DNA of 63,947 bases, filler included, from Intoshia linei (Eukaryota; Animalia; Orthonectida): NCBI GenBank assembly GCA_001642005.1. It is 5 parts of 5 records of this genome, joined end to end, with 100 filler letters (N's around TTAATTAATTAA, not from the genome) between each part and the next. Parts side by side here need not be neighbours in the genome. Positions count along the whole stretch, not along the records: positions 20,274 to 36,624 come from LWCA01000869.1; positions 36,725 to 59,764 come from LWCA01000578.1; 3 more parts are not named here. One strand, written 5' to 3'. The notes under the pieces were generated by a model, which was not told the DNA's origin, did not search any database, and saw only the letters and a program-made list of their open reading frames with translations. This document shows positions 25,026 through 37,620 of the stretch, in pieces. Position numbers and translations under genes: made by a program. Every line of letters begins with the position of its first letter. Within the stretch, counting starts at the first letter, position 1.

Positions 25026-25865
25026 TAATTAAATTAAAATTAAACGTAATAAAAGATGGGTAAAACTCACCGAAAAGTGAAGTATTTTAAAAAGCAAAAA
25101 AGGCTACAAGTGTATCTCATCTGCGAATTCATTAAATGAAAATATCATTTTGATTCAATATAAACTTCATCATTTATAATATTCATAAATGCAAAAATTT
25201 TATAAAACAATAAAGACCCTCAATGAACCCTAACGTGCATACAATTTTTCTAATTTTATTATTGACCACGTAATAAAATTTAGCATAAATGGAAAATAGT
25301 AAAAATAAGTCAGACAGATTTTTCAGAACTTTTGACCCGTAGAAACTCAGTAAATCGTCTAAGAACCGTTGATTTATATAAATATGTAGTATAAATTATT
25401 TACCTACGTTTCTGGAAATGTTTAATGGGTTTAGAGTTTTATTTGCAATTCTAAAAATCAATCGGTGTATTGTTTTGTACATTTATTTCAAATTACTATA
25501 TTATCACTCATTTTTTCATTTTTGAAATGTACCAATTATCTTTATCATTGTTTATTTATAATGAAAGATAAAGTTGTGTCAGTAGTAGAATTAGGTTTCA
25601 TTTAATTTTTTTTTATTATTCATTAATCATTTTCGAGTATATTTCTTCGAAACGTTTTTAAAATTTTAATTCACAATGTCAATGAGGTACAATGAAGTTT
25701 TCACTATTTACTAAAATCGGCAATTTTTTAAATTTAAATTTTTATATTTAAATTTATTGGATTTTTTTTTTTTATTTAAATTTTTTGTAATAATGGAACC
25801 TAATTTTTACTAAATTTAATCTGAAAACTATATTGTATTAATAATTTAGTTATATTGGTCTATTT

Positions 25866-26412
25866 TAGGGGTTCCCAAACTTATTCTGCCTACCGCCCCC
25901 TTTTTAGCGATATATTTTCTCAACGCTCCCTAAAAATTTTTTCGACTACGTCGTATATACATTTAAAAATTTACTCATTATGTATGTGTATGTACAAAGC
26001 CGATATTTAATAATTAAAAATAAACAATAATATATTTATTACTGTCACTTTTTATATCAGTGGATCCCAAACTTGCTATAAAAATATCCCCTTACAACCA
26101 AAAAATTCATCAATGCTCTACTCTATCCATCTAAAATCATTTTTTGGGTATATATTATACTATACAGTGTTTTTATAATCAAATTTTATAATGTTTCAAT
26201 AAAACGTGTTGTAAATGTGTGTAATTAATAATTAAAATATTATAATAAAACAATCAATGAATTTTGACATGGAACTAAATTTTAAATTTGATACCGCATC
26301 AATTTTACTATACTGAAATATATTAAAAAAAATTTTTAGTTATGTTTTTATAATTGCCCCTAACTGAATTAATCGCCCCTGGGAACGATATCGCCCACTT
26401 TAGCAACCCCTG
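25866..26412. mobile_element. hAT-type MITE
   Basis: TAGGGGTTCCCAAACT...ACTTTAGCAACCCCTG with CGCCCC subterminal motifs; flanks GTCTATTT / (GA)GTCTATTC. Confidence 0.65.
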
Positions 26413-27401
26413 GAGTCTATTCTAATTATCCTGTGACTTTTTATGTTTCTTGAAAATTTTATAAATTGTGTGGCACCAAGGCATGCAATTTTTTTCATTG
26501 AAATAATTGAAAAAATTCTTTGCGAATATTTGGGCCGTCTAATTTCCAAAATTTATTCGACACGATTCGAATCACCCATTTTTAAATTTCATTAGTGGCA
26601 ATCATTCAGAGAGTTTTTAACTAAATTTCATCCAACACAAACTTTTGAAATCTAGTCAACATGATCCGACAAGTTCGTCTTCGAATCGTGTTTCGCAAGG
26701 TCTCACAGACGTCTACTTGGTACTTTGGTATTTGGTACAATGTAGATTCTACGTCATTGATATCTATGTTTAATATTAGTATCAGAGTCGAACCTACCAA
26801 GCTCAATGGCACTCGAAAATAAAATATAGACTTTTAAGAAAAATATGGCAACTGATGAGTAGTGTCATATAGCCGTGTGCACCTCTCCAAGCCTGTTGAC
26901 TGGACATTTTAAATTTATCACTCAAAATAGTTAGCTTTCAAGAATATAATTTTCTTAAATGCTCAATTTAGAAAAATGAGGCTTCGTTTTACAAAAATTT
27001 TGTTAAGCCATTTCCCGAAAAGTGTCTCGGGTACGATAGGTTCTGCTCTGGTTAGTATATCATTAAATTATGTGGGAACTAGCCATGATTTACAGATGGG
27101 AACAAAATATAGAATTTACAGGCTAGTAAGGAACATTTTTGACAGGGACTGACACTCCGTCATGGAGTAGTATTATACATAGAGATTTCTCTAGATGCTA
27201 TACGTACAAAAAGTTTGAACATAAAACCTACCAAAATTATCATACGTTATTGATCTAATTTCATCTAATTCGCTAATTTCATCAATGATACAAATAAATA
27301 AAAAGAAAGGTATATTTTAACATTTTTGAAGCATATATTTGCATATGCATAAAGAATAGATAGAATCTACATTGTAGATAACGTCCACTGTGAACTAAAT
27401 A

Positions 27402-27475
27402 ATTTAATGTAGCTTTTCGATATTAGTCTTTTTTACTATGCTATTGAAAAATTGGTGAATATCTCTCACGAATAT
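27402..27475 (-). pseudogene. Degenerate duplicate of the terminal exon and 3' UTR of the adjacent annexin
   Basis: DIHQFFNSIVKK versus DTHQLLCSIVKQ; shares TAATATCGAAAAGCT with 29070-29084. Confidence 0.6.
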
Positions 27476-27695
27476 CTCACGAAGAGTTACCAGTGAATAG
27501 ATTTCAGCTTGGATTCCCAACCTTTTTTGGTCATCGCCCCCTTACCACGTAATTTAAATTTTTTGGTGATCATCGCCCCTCTAATGACAAGTTACATTAA
27601 AATTTTTCCAAATTTTGTGAGTACATCTTGTATATATGTATAAAATGTATGACTACATTTTGCATCAAATTTAAGTTTAGTAATATCTTGTAGAC

Positions 27696-27908
27696 CAGTG
27701 GTTTTCAACCTTTTTGTGTTCGCGACCCTCTTATAAACATAAAAAATTTTCGAGACCCAAAAATTTTCTATATACTCCAAACATCTTATCAATTCACATA
27801 AATGAAAATATTAAAAAAGCATATTCAGTTTTATTTATATTTTATACTGTTTTCAAATTCTCACGACCCACCATATAAATTTTGCGACCCCCCGGTTGAA
27901 AACCATTG
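27696..27908. mobile_element. hAT (Charlie/MER5-like) MITE
   Basis: CAGTGGTTTTCAACC...GGTTGAAAACCATTG with GCGACCC motifs; TSD TTGTAGAC / TTGTAGGC. Confidence 0.9.
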
Positions 27909-27929
27909 TTGTAGGCTATTCATTGTTTA

Positions 27930-28723
27930 TTGGAAATGTGTAGACGTTCAATTCAAATTTTGTTTCGAAATTGTAGGATCAATATTTACATTTTCAATTT
28001 TTATTTTAATTGAAATATTTTGAAAAATATTGGTTGAATATATTAAAAGTATTTTTCATTGGGAATGCGTAGATCTTTCGTGTTGAACTTTTGTAATAAT
28101 ATCAACTGGAATAAGCTCTATCAGAATAATCTTTCTGTAAAGAAGTCGATTATTCGAGTAGGTGTTTAATTATACAATGATAATTTAAAATAATAATTAA
28201 GATTCTTGGACAGTATAGTAACATATAGTATCAATATATCTTAAGTAAATAGTACTACACTCTCTTTTTTTAATAAAATATATGTATACTAAAATGCTTT
28301 TCTGGCTGTGAAGGCGTCACTTATTCTGATTGAATTTGTTTTTGTGTGTTAACACGATACAACTGTACCATCTGTAATTTTTTTTAAATTCTAGGGCTGT
28401 TTTTATTTAAAAAAAAAAAGGAATTTGTGGTTTTGACTCTGAAGATATATTTTTTGAAATTTATGATGGTATTTATCATTTTAAAATCTGTATTAGAGTG
28501 TATATTTTTTTAATTCTCGAACTCGTTTGATTTAAAAAAAAAGAAGAAAATTTGGGTTTTTGACCTGTAAGATGTGAATTTAAATTTATTTTGCTAACAC
28601 CTCTGTAAAAAACTGTAATTGAAATGTGGACTTTATAAAATTTTAAGACTTTTATTTATGGAAATAAACGATAAAACACAGACAAACAAAGGATAATAAT
28701 ATAATATTTATAATGTATGTAGA
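27930..28723 (-). mobile_element. Non-autonomous Helitron-like element (longest copy)
   Basis: Minus-strand 5' end A|TCTACATACATTATAA followed by TGTTTGTCTGTG; colinear with the copies at 2735-3110, 6290-6817 and 55965-56184. Confidence 0.75.
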
Positions 28724-29081
28724 TTAAATATTGACTAAAACACTATTTCCAATTTTTTTATAAGTGATCAAATTAATTATTTATTTTAATCAAATCAAAT
28801 TGATTTTTAGGATAAAGTGACCAACGCGACTGTACCAATTGATAGATTTATATTATCTAGTTTAGAGCATTAATTATACATGAGTTTCCAGTAAGTATGT
28901 TGTCCCAATGTTGACCGTTTACTGTTATCGTTCTCGATTTCCTTAGTTTTGTCTTCGTAAATTATTGTACCATCTCTAGCGAACCAGTCGAAATAATTCG
29001 TATGCATAGCTAATATTATCAAAACGATCAAAATAATGAAACTTTTATTTTAAACTAAACAATTTCATCAGCTTTTCGATA

Positions 29082-31031
29082 TTAATTATCTTGTTTTACT
29101 ATGCTACACAAAAGTTGGTGAGTATCTCCATAGCCTGATATCTAAAAAATAAATTAAACACATATAAAATGGACTTGCATCATCATAGATAGTTGTCTCG
29201 AATAATTTAGTATATGCTGATTTTATTTTTTCCATGTCTTTATCACATCGGTAAATAATAAGGCGAGCTAATTCTTCGTTTGACTATTAAAAAATGAGTT
29301 TAATTTTAATTATTTAACAATAATGTAAATAATAATATTTCTAGTAAATTATTCGCACGGGTAAAATTTATAATTTAAATTAAACTCAATTTTTTTGAAA
29401 ATTTTAAAAATTTCATAGAATTGAATTCTATTCATTTAATTATTAATCTATAATTAATTATATCTATACAATATAACTTGTGAATCAATAATTTGATGTG
29501 TATTTAAAAAAATGGAAATGTAAATATAAAATGTAAAGATAATAAAAAATTTACATCTAAACGTTTTCTGATTGTTGTAGCCCAATAGATGGTAGGATTA
29601 ATGCAACTGCGTACTAAAAAAATATCATTATCTCTTAGAATGGTGGGTGGTACCGTAATTTTTAAAAATTCTATATAAATCGCCAGACAATTCACTTTCA
29701 AGCGCTTCAAGTAGAGAACTACTAGAAATGTCTTCATATGCTTTGGCAATCATTCGAACATGTTTTCTGTTTTTAGACAATATTCTGTATATAAATTCTG
29801 TTTCATCGGTACCCCACATACCTTCTCCTGCATCATACAACTTCTAGATGTAAATATTACAATTTTCCGAGCTTAAATAAATTCAATTTAATGAACTTTC
29901 GAATATGATATCTATTCTGAGCATCCTGAAATAGCCTTATGTATACAAATAGTAGTTATATATAGTCATTTTATAGTATATATACGCCCAAACAAAACTC
30001 AAACCTTCCCAGTCGAAAGGTTCACCATTCTATTTCGGGGTCCACTCATAATGGGTTCCAATATTCTACATTTTGATTTAATTGGCATTTAACACTATCC
30101 ATAAACCTCATAACTGGTGAGTCACTATTAGTGACCCACATTTATGATTTACATTGTATATTTTATCATATTAATATAAATATTATATTACTTTAGCGTC
30201 TTCTTCGGCTTTGTCTTTATCAGCTTCCCCGTCATTCTCACATCGATTATCCTAATTTTCAGAAATATATTAAATATATCAAAGAATAATGATTATAATC
30301 TCAAGTATATATTACTGATATCAAAGACAATAGAGCTCTTTGCATAATCCCGTCAAAATCACCTTCGATGAAACATTCCAATGAGATTTCATACACTAAA
30401 ATGTTAAATATAAAATACATTAACTTTTGGATTAATGTAGAAAAATGTTGTAAACTATATATAATATACTTTCTGAAAATTTTTCCTTGATATTCTTGAG
30501 TTCACTCCTTGATCTTGTCGTAAGAACTTCAATTACAGTTCTTTCGTCTGTACCGCCACCCTAAAACCATAATAATGAATATAAACATCATGATTTACTT
30601 TCATGGCATCATAAAGAATGAAAGAATCTCTTTCAGCTGGTTCCATGAATAATAGTTTTAATGCAGTTTTAAAATTTCCAGAAGTTTCACTTTCTAATTC
30701 TGGCAAAAGTTTCTAAATGTATCTGAGTATTGAATGAAAAATGGCATTACTTTTCCATAATTGGATTCATATTGACCTCTAATTTGCAATCTTTGATTTA
30801 TGTCTCGATTTGATGCAATTTCAATTATGATGTTTTCATCGGTCCCTAAACCTTTCATTGCTTCTCTTATTTGTTCGCAATCTTTATCACAATCAAAGTC
30901 ATCAAACGTTTCTATAGAAGGTCCACACTAATCATAATATATTTTATTAATAATTAAAGAAATACAAGTATATTAGTTATATAACAAACTTAGATTGTGA
31001 CAATTAACATTTAGAATATAAAAATTACCAT
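29082..31031 (-). CDS. Annexin (paralog 1), short N-terminus, multi-exon
   Basis: AMKGLGTDE, SETSGNF, AMK/GGGTDE, LYDAGEGMWGTDE, ESELSGDL; four repeats; the last intron is GC-AG. Confidence 0.95.
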
Positions 31032-31619
31032 TTTTTAAAAACCAATTGTCGAAATGAATTGATGAATGTGTTATATACTAATATTTATTCTAGCATCTGT
31101 CTATATAAGTTTATTAGCAGAAATAAAATTGAACAAATGTAAATATTAACTATATAAACCAAAACTGAATCACGCCATCAAAGCATATCTAAAATATATA
31201 TAAAATAAATTTTTAAAAGAAAAGGTATTTTGATGTTTTGACCAGGACGTTTTGCGTTTGTCAGGTTGAGATTTATGACAATTTTAATGATTTTAAAACG
31301 CAAGTCAGACTTTATGTTTTTTTAAAATTTGGGGTGATTTTAATATTGAAGGACTCAATTTCGGCAAATGAAAGATAGATATCAACAATCCGTTTGTAAA
31401 ATGGTATTATAAAGTGTTTTTTCAAATTCTAAGACTGCTATTTTTTTTTTAAATAATAGGTAAGACATAGACATTCAATTTTCAACCACTCAGCGCTTAT
31501 CAACGTTGGCGGTAGCGTCTAGCCAGGGGCGTTTTCAAAATTTAGGGGTCGTTTCAGCCAATATTATCATTAAGTTTGTTGAAATACTTTTATTTATAAA
31601 ACATAATTAAACAAATAAA

Positions 31620-33448
31620 TTAATTTTTTAATATTCCTCTTAGTAAATTAGAAGTATCTCCTCTTGATGTAATCTAAATTAATTGAAAAAAAGTAATTAT
31701 AAATACTTACACTATCCTTTATAGATATTTTATACATTTGAAGATATGCATTCTTCACATTTTCTAAATCAATATCTGCTCTTGATATCAATATTCTGGT
31801 TAGATCGTAATGCGACTAAAATAACAATCAAACAAAAAATACACATACACATAAAAATCACGCTTTAGGTGATTCGATATAATCAGTTCTCGATAAGGCT
31901 ATAAGGCCAACAATGGTAACCCAATATACTGTTAAAAAATAATTAGGTACCCTTACACAGGGATTGTAAATAATTGATTGCAATGAATTATTTTGTATAA
32001 ACCAATTAATTAGTTTTTTTCATATAACTGAAAAAATATAAATTAAATCCTTTTATTGACGAATGGTTGGATGAAAAAATTAATTAATCAACAAAAAAAT
32101 GATGTATTTAACCTACTAGCTTGACTTTTATGTACTTCGAACAAACAGTATCCTAGTATGCATTATAACCACATAACAGTTTTTTAAAAATAATTATGAT
32201 ATTGTTATCAATCTTCAATTAATTGAAATTTTTTATTTTTCATAAAGCAATTAATTGCAATTAAATTAGTTGCAATCAATTAATTCCAATCCCTGCCCTT
32301 ACACATTACAATGCAATATAGGGTTTGCCATTATCTCGATAATTATTTTAATATATAATTAACATTTAAATACATTTAAATTTTTTCTTATTTGTTCAGC
32401 CCAATATTTATAGGGAGCAATGGCGTGTTTAACTAAAATGAAGATTAATTAAAATCAAATATAGTTAAACCAAATACACGAAAAACAGTAAGCAAATCCC
32501 CCGAAAATTCATTGTAAACAGCTGTAATTAAATCTTTCCCGTGTTTGGAATCATTGTAAGCCTCAGAAATCAAACGAACATGTGTATCGCTTTTAGAAAG
32601 CAGATGACATATAAACTGACTTTCATCTGTTCCCCACTGCTTTTCTCCTGCTTTATACAAGGCCTTAATTGTAAATTACAAAATTTTTAACGATAAAAAT
32701 AAATTTAATAACTTATTTACAATAGCATCATTTTTGGCAGATTGTACATCAGCAGTTTCTGAACGATTTGCCTGTAAAATAAATAAAACTGACAAAAAAT
32801 AAGGTATTAAAAACTGTGCAGAGGGATAGCAAAGCATTTCGACTATAACCACTAAAATCTCCTCGAATAAAACTTTCTAAAGTAGTTCCATACCCTAAAA
32901 ATCATTTAAAAAATTATCAATCATTTTGTTATGCAAAAAATACTATTTTTAAATTGTTCTTTGATGCTGACTATTTCTTTGTTAGACCTAGATACCAAAA
33001 TATCGACGACAGCAGTCTCTTTAGTTCCAAGACCCTAAATTTTAAAATTGACAAAAAATTTAAAAATTTACAATCATGGATTTGTGCAAAACGTAAGCAT
33101 CACGGGCAGATGGTTCCATAAGCATTAATTTTAATCCAAATTCAAAATTGCCTGAAGTTTCACTTTTTATGGCTTTGAAAATATCCTGTGAAAATATTCA
33201 TTTTGAAAAAAAAAAAGAACTTTTCCATAATTTGTTTGGAATTGATTTGCAATTTTAAGTCTTTGTGGTAGTGATCGATTTACTAGGACATGAATAATAG
33301 CTTTTTCGTCAGTTCCTAATCCTTTCATAGCCTTTTTTATGGCTGCGGCATCATCATTTTCATTGAATGAACTATACGTTGAGATTGATGGAGTAGGCTA
33401 AATATTTTAGTTTTAATAGTTTAAACTTTAAACCAAGGTACCAAACAT
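31620..33448 (-). CDS. Annexin (paralog 2), tandem duplicate
   Basis: AMKGLGTDEKA, KSETSGNF, GLGTKE, LYKAGEKQWGTDE, RILISRADIDL; intron positions shared with paralog 1. Confidence 0.95.
31958..32295. mobile_element. hAT-type MITE with a perfect 8-bp TSD in an annexin intron
   Basis: CAGGGATTG...CAATCCCTG; TSD CCCTTACA on both sides; contains a minus-strand Helitron 3' end (32116-32143). Confidence 0.88.
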
Positions 33449-34432
33449 TTTTATTATAATCTAATTATTGGTAATATTTCATTAGATTTGTTGGAAACGC
33501 TTAAAATCTAATTTCTAATAAAAATTGCCCAAATATTCAAATAACATATCAAAAAAAAATTATTAACTTTTCTTTATTTTTATATTTAGATTAAGAAAAA
33601 TTTCTTATTTAAACTTACATATTCAACTCAAAAAATAATATCTTTTATCTATTATAATAGATATAATTATTATTAATATCACGACGTGTATTACATGTAC
33701 ACTGAAATGTCCAACCTAATGGTTAAATAAAATTTTAAATTAATCATACTTTCATAATCAGTTCTTTTCAAATAAATTGTCTCCTTAGAAAATAATGTTT
33801 ACAGAATAAATTATTTTGTATTTAATTTTGCCATAATGATAAAATATCTGGTTATTTCTTTTCTATATTTATATAGTTGAATGAGGACATAATCCAATGA
33901 TTTACAATAAGATCGTAAATAATTTCAAAATTATGAACAATTAGAAAATATTTGTGCCATAACTGGGCTAAATTACTCAATATCATGATATTACAACATA
34001 AATGGCCCAATTATGAAACGTTTTATGTGACCGTTTAGTTAATTATAATTAATTATGTACTCATTTTTTGAATATATTTTGTATTTTTTTCTACATTCCT
34101 AGTTGGGTTTTAAAATACGGACATTTCTTAGTTTACATATAAAAACTACAAATTGGTACTTATAATAACACATGCCAACTAATGAAATGAAATGGAATTT
34201 TAATATTTTAATATGTAAAAAAAAATTCGTAAGCTAAACACGTTAAATACGGATGGTTAAACCTATGGTGCTCTAATGTATAATTTAATGAAATGATGGA
34301 AAAGTGAAAAAATTTTTGAAAAATTTAATCAATCATTTTTACTCAATTTAATGTTAACAATAAAAATATATTATAAACTGGTTTAGTTAAAAAGTTAAAT
34401 TCTAAACTAAATCCAATACCTCTTTTTCTTAA

Positions 34433-36077
34433 ATGAGTAATTTAACATGTTGCTTTGATAGGCAGTGTACAAGTTATTGCCGAACAAATGGAGTATGTTT
34501 TTATGGTTATGCATCGGATTTTGAAGACATAAAAGGCTGTGTAGATAAAAAAATTTTAATGAAATTTGGAAAAAATAATACTTGCGTTCATCATACCAAT
34601 ATCACTATAAAATGCTGCAAAAAAGTAAATTTCTGCAACAATACAACAATTCCTCAGTCATCATACCAAAAAAACAATTTATCTTTTTTTTTTGCAATAT
34701 TGGTTGCTTTTCTTGTCTTATTCGTCTGTTTAGCCATGTTTTTTAAGTATTATAGATATTTCGTTAGGTATTTGTAATTTTATTATTTTTTCATAATTAG
34801 AATTTAGATGTCTTTTATATTTTAATAAAATTTGCCCGAGATGCGATAAAATGAAGGATTTATCGATATTAACATCAGGAGTAGGCCAAGCAGAGATTAC
34901 ACAACGAAGGTTGTCACATGAAATTTTATTGCTGAATGAAATTGATACTGGAAAGTATGGATCTGTTTGGCGAGCAAAGTGGCATATGACTGTTGTAGCT
35001 GTTAAATCTTTTTCTACTATTTGTCGAGATTCTTGGATGACGGAAACGTACATTTATCAATCTTGCAACATTAGACATGAAAATATTTTGAATTTTATCG
35101 GATCGGATACTCATGAAGACAAAAATAACATTAAATTATGGCTTATTACAGAATACCACCACAGAAAATCATTGTGCGACTTTTTAAAAAGGTTCAGCAT
35201 TACATTTTGTATCCATTTTATTTAGCAAATATTTTAAACCAAAAAAAGTAAAATTTATGCTAGATTCTATCATCAAAGGACTCGCCTATTTACACCTAAA
35301 AATTACTGGAACCAAACCTTCTATTGCACGTATGTATCAAAATGAACAATTTTTATTGGATCATGTAAAGTGGTTACAAAATTGAATTCCCTTCTCTTGA
35401 GACAATTGGACGAAATATGGCCATACGTCATTTTAATTTAAAATTTAATGTATAGTTTTGGTTAAAAATTAGCTGACGGATATTAATTACTCTATGAAAT
35501 TAAGGAATTTCAGTTTTTTATTTTTTTAATATATTTTAATTTAGATCGAGACATTAAATCAAGAAACATTTTGGTCAAAAACGATGGACAGACGTGTTGT
35601 TTAGCTGATTTTGGATTATCAGTTGTTCAATATCGAACGAAATTACATAAGGGAAATAGAGTCGTTGGTACAGTCAGGTACATGTCACCAGAAATGTTAA
35701 ACTACGAAAAAATTGATTCTTTTGAACGTTTCAAACAATGCGATATGTATTCTCTTTCGTTGTGTTTTTGGGAAGTATTAAATAAAGCAAAAACTCATCA
35801 ATATAACGTTCCTTATAATGTTTTCCTAGACAGATGTCCGACCATTAAGGACATGCATAAAGTTGTATGTATGGAAAACAGAAGACCTTTATTCAAAGGA
35901 GTCTATTGTATCAATTGTAGAAAAAAAGGTAAGTCATGTCATAACAGTAAAGATTGTACTCGATATAAAGAATATGAAAACCAATTAATCATTATTATCA
36001 AAGAATGTTGGCAAGTTTCTCCAGATTCTAGACTCACAGCAATGAGAATTCAACATTATTTTCAACCGTACATCTAA
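34433..36077 (+). CDS. TGF-beta/activin/BMP family type I receptor Ser/Thr kinase
   Basis: Cys-rich ectodomain ending CCKKVNFCN; TM segment; GS-like LTSGVG..TQRRLSHEI; VAVK, RHENIL, LWLITEYH, HRDIKSRN (across an intron), LADFGL, GTVRYMSPE, ECW..PDSRLTA. Confidence 0.92.
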
Positions 36078-36165
36078 TAGTATATTTCAACAAAATTTTA
36101 AAATTATTGTAAAATTTTAGTAAATAACATTAAATTGTAAATTACATTTTTTATTGATAATATTC

Positions 36166-36305
36166 TCTTAAAGCCAACCATTTTTACTTAAATCAAATTA
36201 TTTTTATAAAATCCAACCTTTTTACTAAAAATGCATTTTTACCAACCATTTACAGAAAATTTCTCTTTTACCTGCCCTTAAGGGAATAATCCACTTTTAA
36301 CTATT
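36166..36305. repeat. Solo arm of the foldback family seen at 55130-55790
   Basis: CTTAAAGCCAACCATTTTTACT plus TTTTACCAACC modules. Confidence 0.65.
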
Positions 36306-36526
36306 ATGAAATTGATTAAGTGCAGATGCAAAATGTAATCTAAAAAAAAGTTACCACGTTTCCAATTAATAAGTAAATAAAAAATTTTTAATACAGTCCT
36401 TTGATGATCATATTTTATTGCAAATTTTATTTTCAGAAATTGAGTACTTCAGGGTCAAAATCCCAATTTCCCTTTTATATTAATAATTAAATCAACCCTA
36501 AAATTAAAAAAAATATATTGTGGGAC

Positions 36527-36972
36527 TAGTGATTGTAATTTCCCAAAAAATGACAAAAGTCGAGAACCGAGAAATTAAAAATTAAATTTCCCGGGAAAAA
36601 TAAAAAATTTTTATTCATATATAANNNNNNNNNNNNNNNNNNNNNNNNNNNNNNNNNNNNNNNNNNNNTTAATTAATTAANNNNNNNNNNNNNNNNNNNN
36701 NNNNNNNNNNNNNNNNNNNNNNNNATTTCTCTACTGCTTCTAATTTCGTTACAAAACGTAGAACGCGTTTAAAAGATGTTTAAAATTTGTAAATTTCAAT
36801 CTAAGATTCGTGTTATTTCATTAATTAAATTTCTAATGCTTCTATATATATTCTATATTATAAATGATTAATAAATTTTTTATTTTTGCCGGAAATTCCC
36901 GGGACCCAGGAAATTTAATTTTTAATTTCCCGATTCTCGACTTTTGTCATTTCACGGGAAATCACAATCACT
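36527..36972. mobile_element. Two opposed ends of a TAGTGATTG/CCCGGGAAA hAT-like family on either side of the gap (other copies at 48035-48292 and about 16660-16720)
   Basis: 36527-36624 and 36870-36972 are mutual reverse complements; no matching TSD. Confidence 0.65.
36625..36724. other. Artificial contig spacer
   Basis: 44 N + TTAATTAATTAA + 44 N. Confidence 0.98.
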
Positions 36973-37620
36973 CATTAATATACACTTATTTGAGTGATTA
37001 AATACGTTTAATTAGATTTTTTTATTAACATTTTATATTCAAATTTTAAAAAATAAGAATAGTTTTTTCAGCACCCCTAGGGGTGCTAGTACCCCCGGTT
37101 AACAAGCCTGGTCTAAGTCCTAATTAACGAAATTTCTGCTAACAGAAATTTCATTTTAACGGAATTAATTTTTTGTTTGCAGATTTGTATGAACCAAAAA
37201 TTCCGTCATTAAAAATTTTATCTCTAAAGCTTTATAACTTTTAATGTATTATATATTTTTATATATTTATAAGCATATATTATAGCAATATATTTTTAAT
37301 AACTAATATAAATATAAACTCATTTTTTTATAATTAGGAGACGTTAATTATAAATAATTACTATCATTAATGAAAAATATCATTTTAAATTTTATTTTAT
37401 TTTTGTAAATGATTTAAAATTTATAAAAATTTTCATGGACCCAAAAAAACTGATTTGGAACCAAGGGTCCACATAGACTCAGTTGACAATATTTGGTGTA
37501 TAGAGACTTAGACTGTATTATTAGTGTCATTAACTTTTAATGGGCAACAACAAAAATTTTTTTTTTTTATTTTTGTTGGATCAACATACATTGTACTAAT
37601 TTTTATTTATAAATATGTAG

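Noticed and set aside
26621-26812. 63-aa ORF in a relatively GC-rich patch
   Set aside because: No motif and no convincing exon partners; probably repeat-derived.
31860-31930. AG/GT-bounded segment in an annexin 2 intron reading YWVTIVGLIALSRTDY
   Set aside because: Phase is incompatible with the flanking phase-0 exons, it does not supply GxGT, and the similarity may be chance.
36527-36972. Inverted TE ends across gap 2 as proof that the contigs are adjacent
   Set aside because: The flanks share no TSD, so they may be different insertions of a multicopy family.
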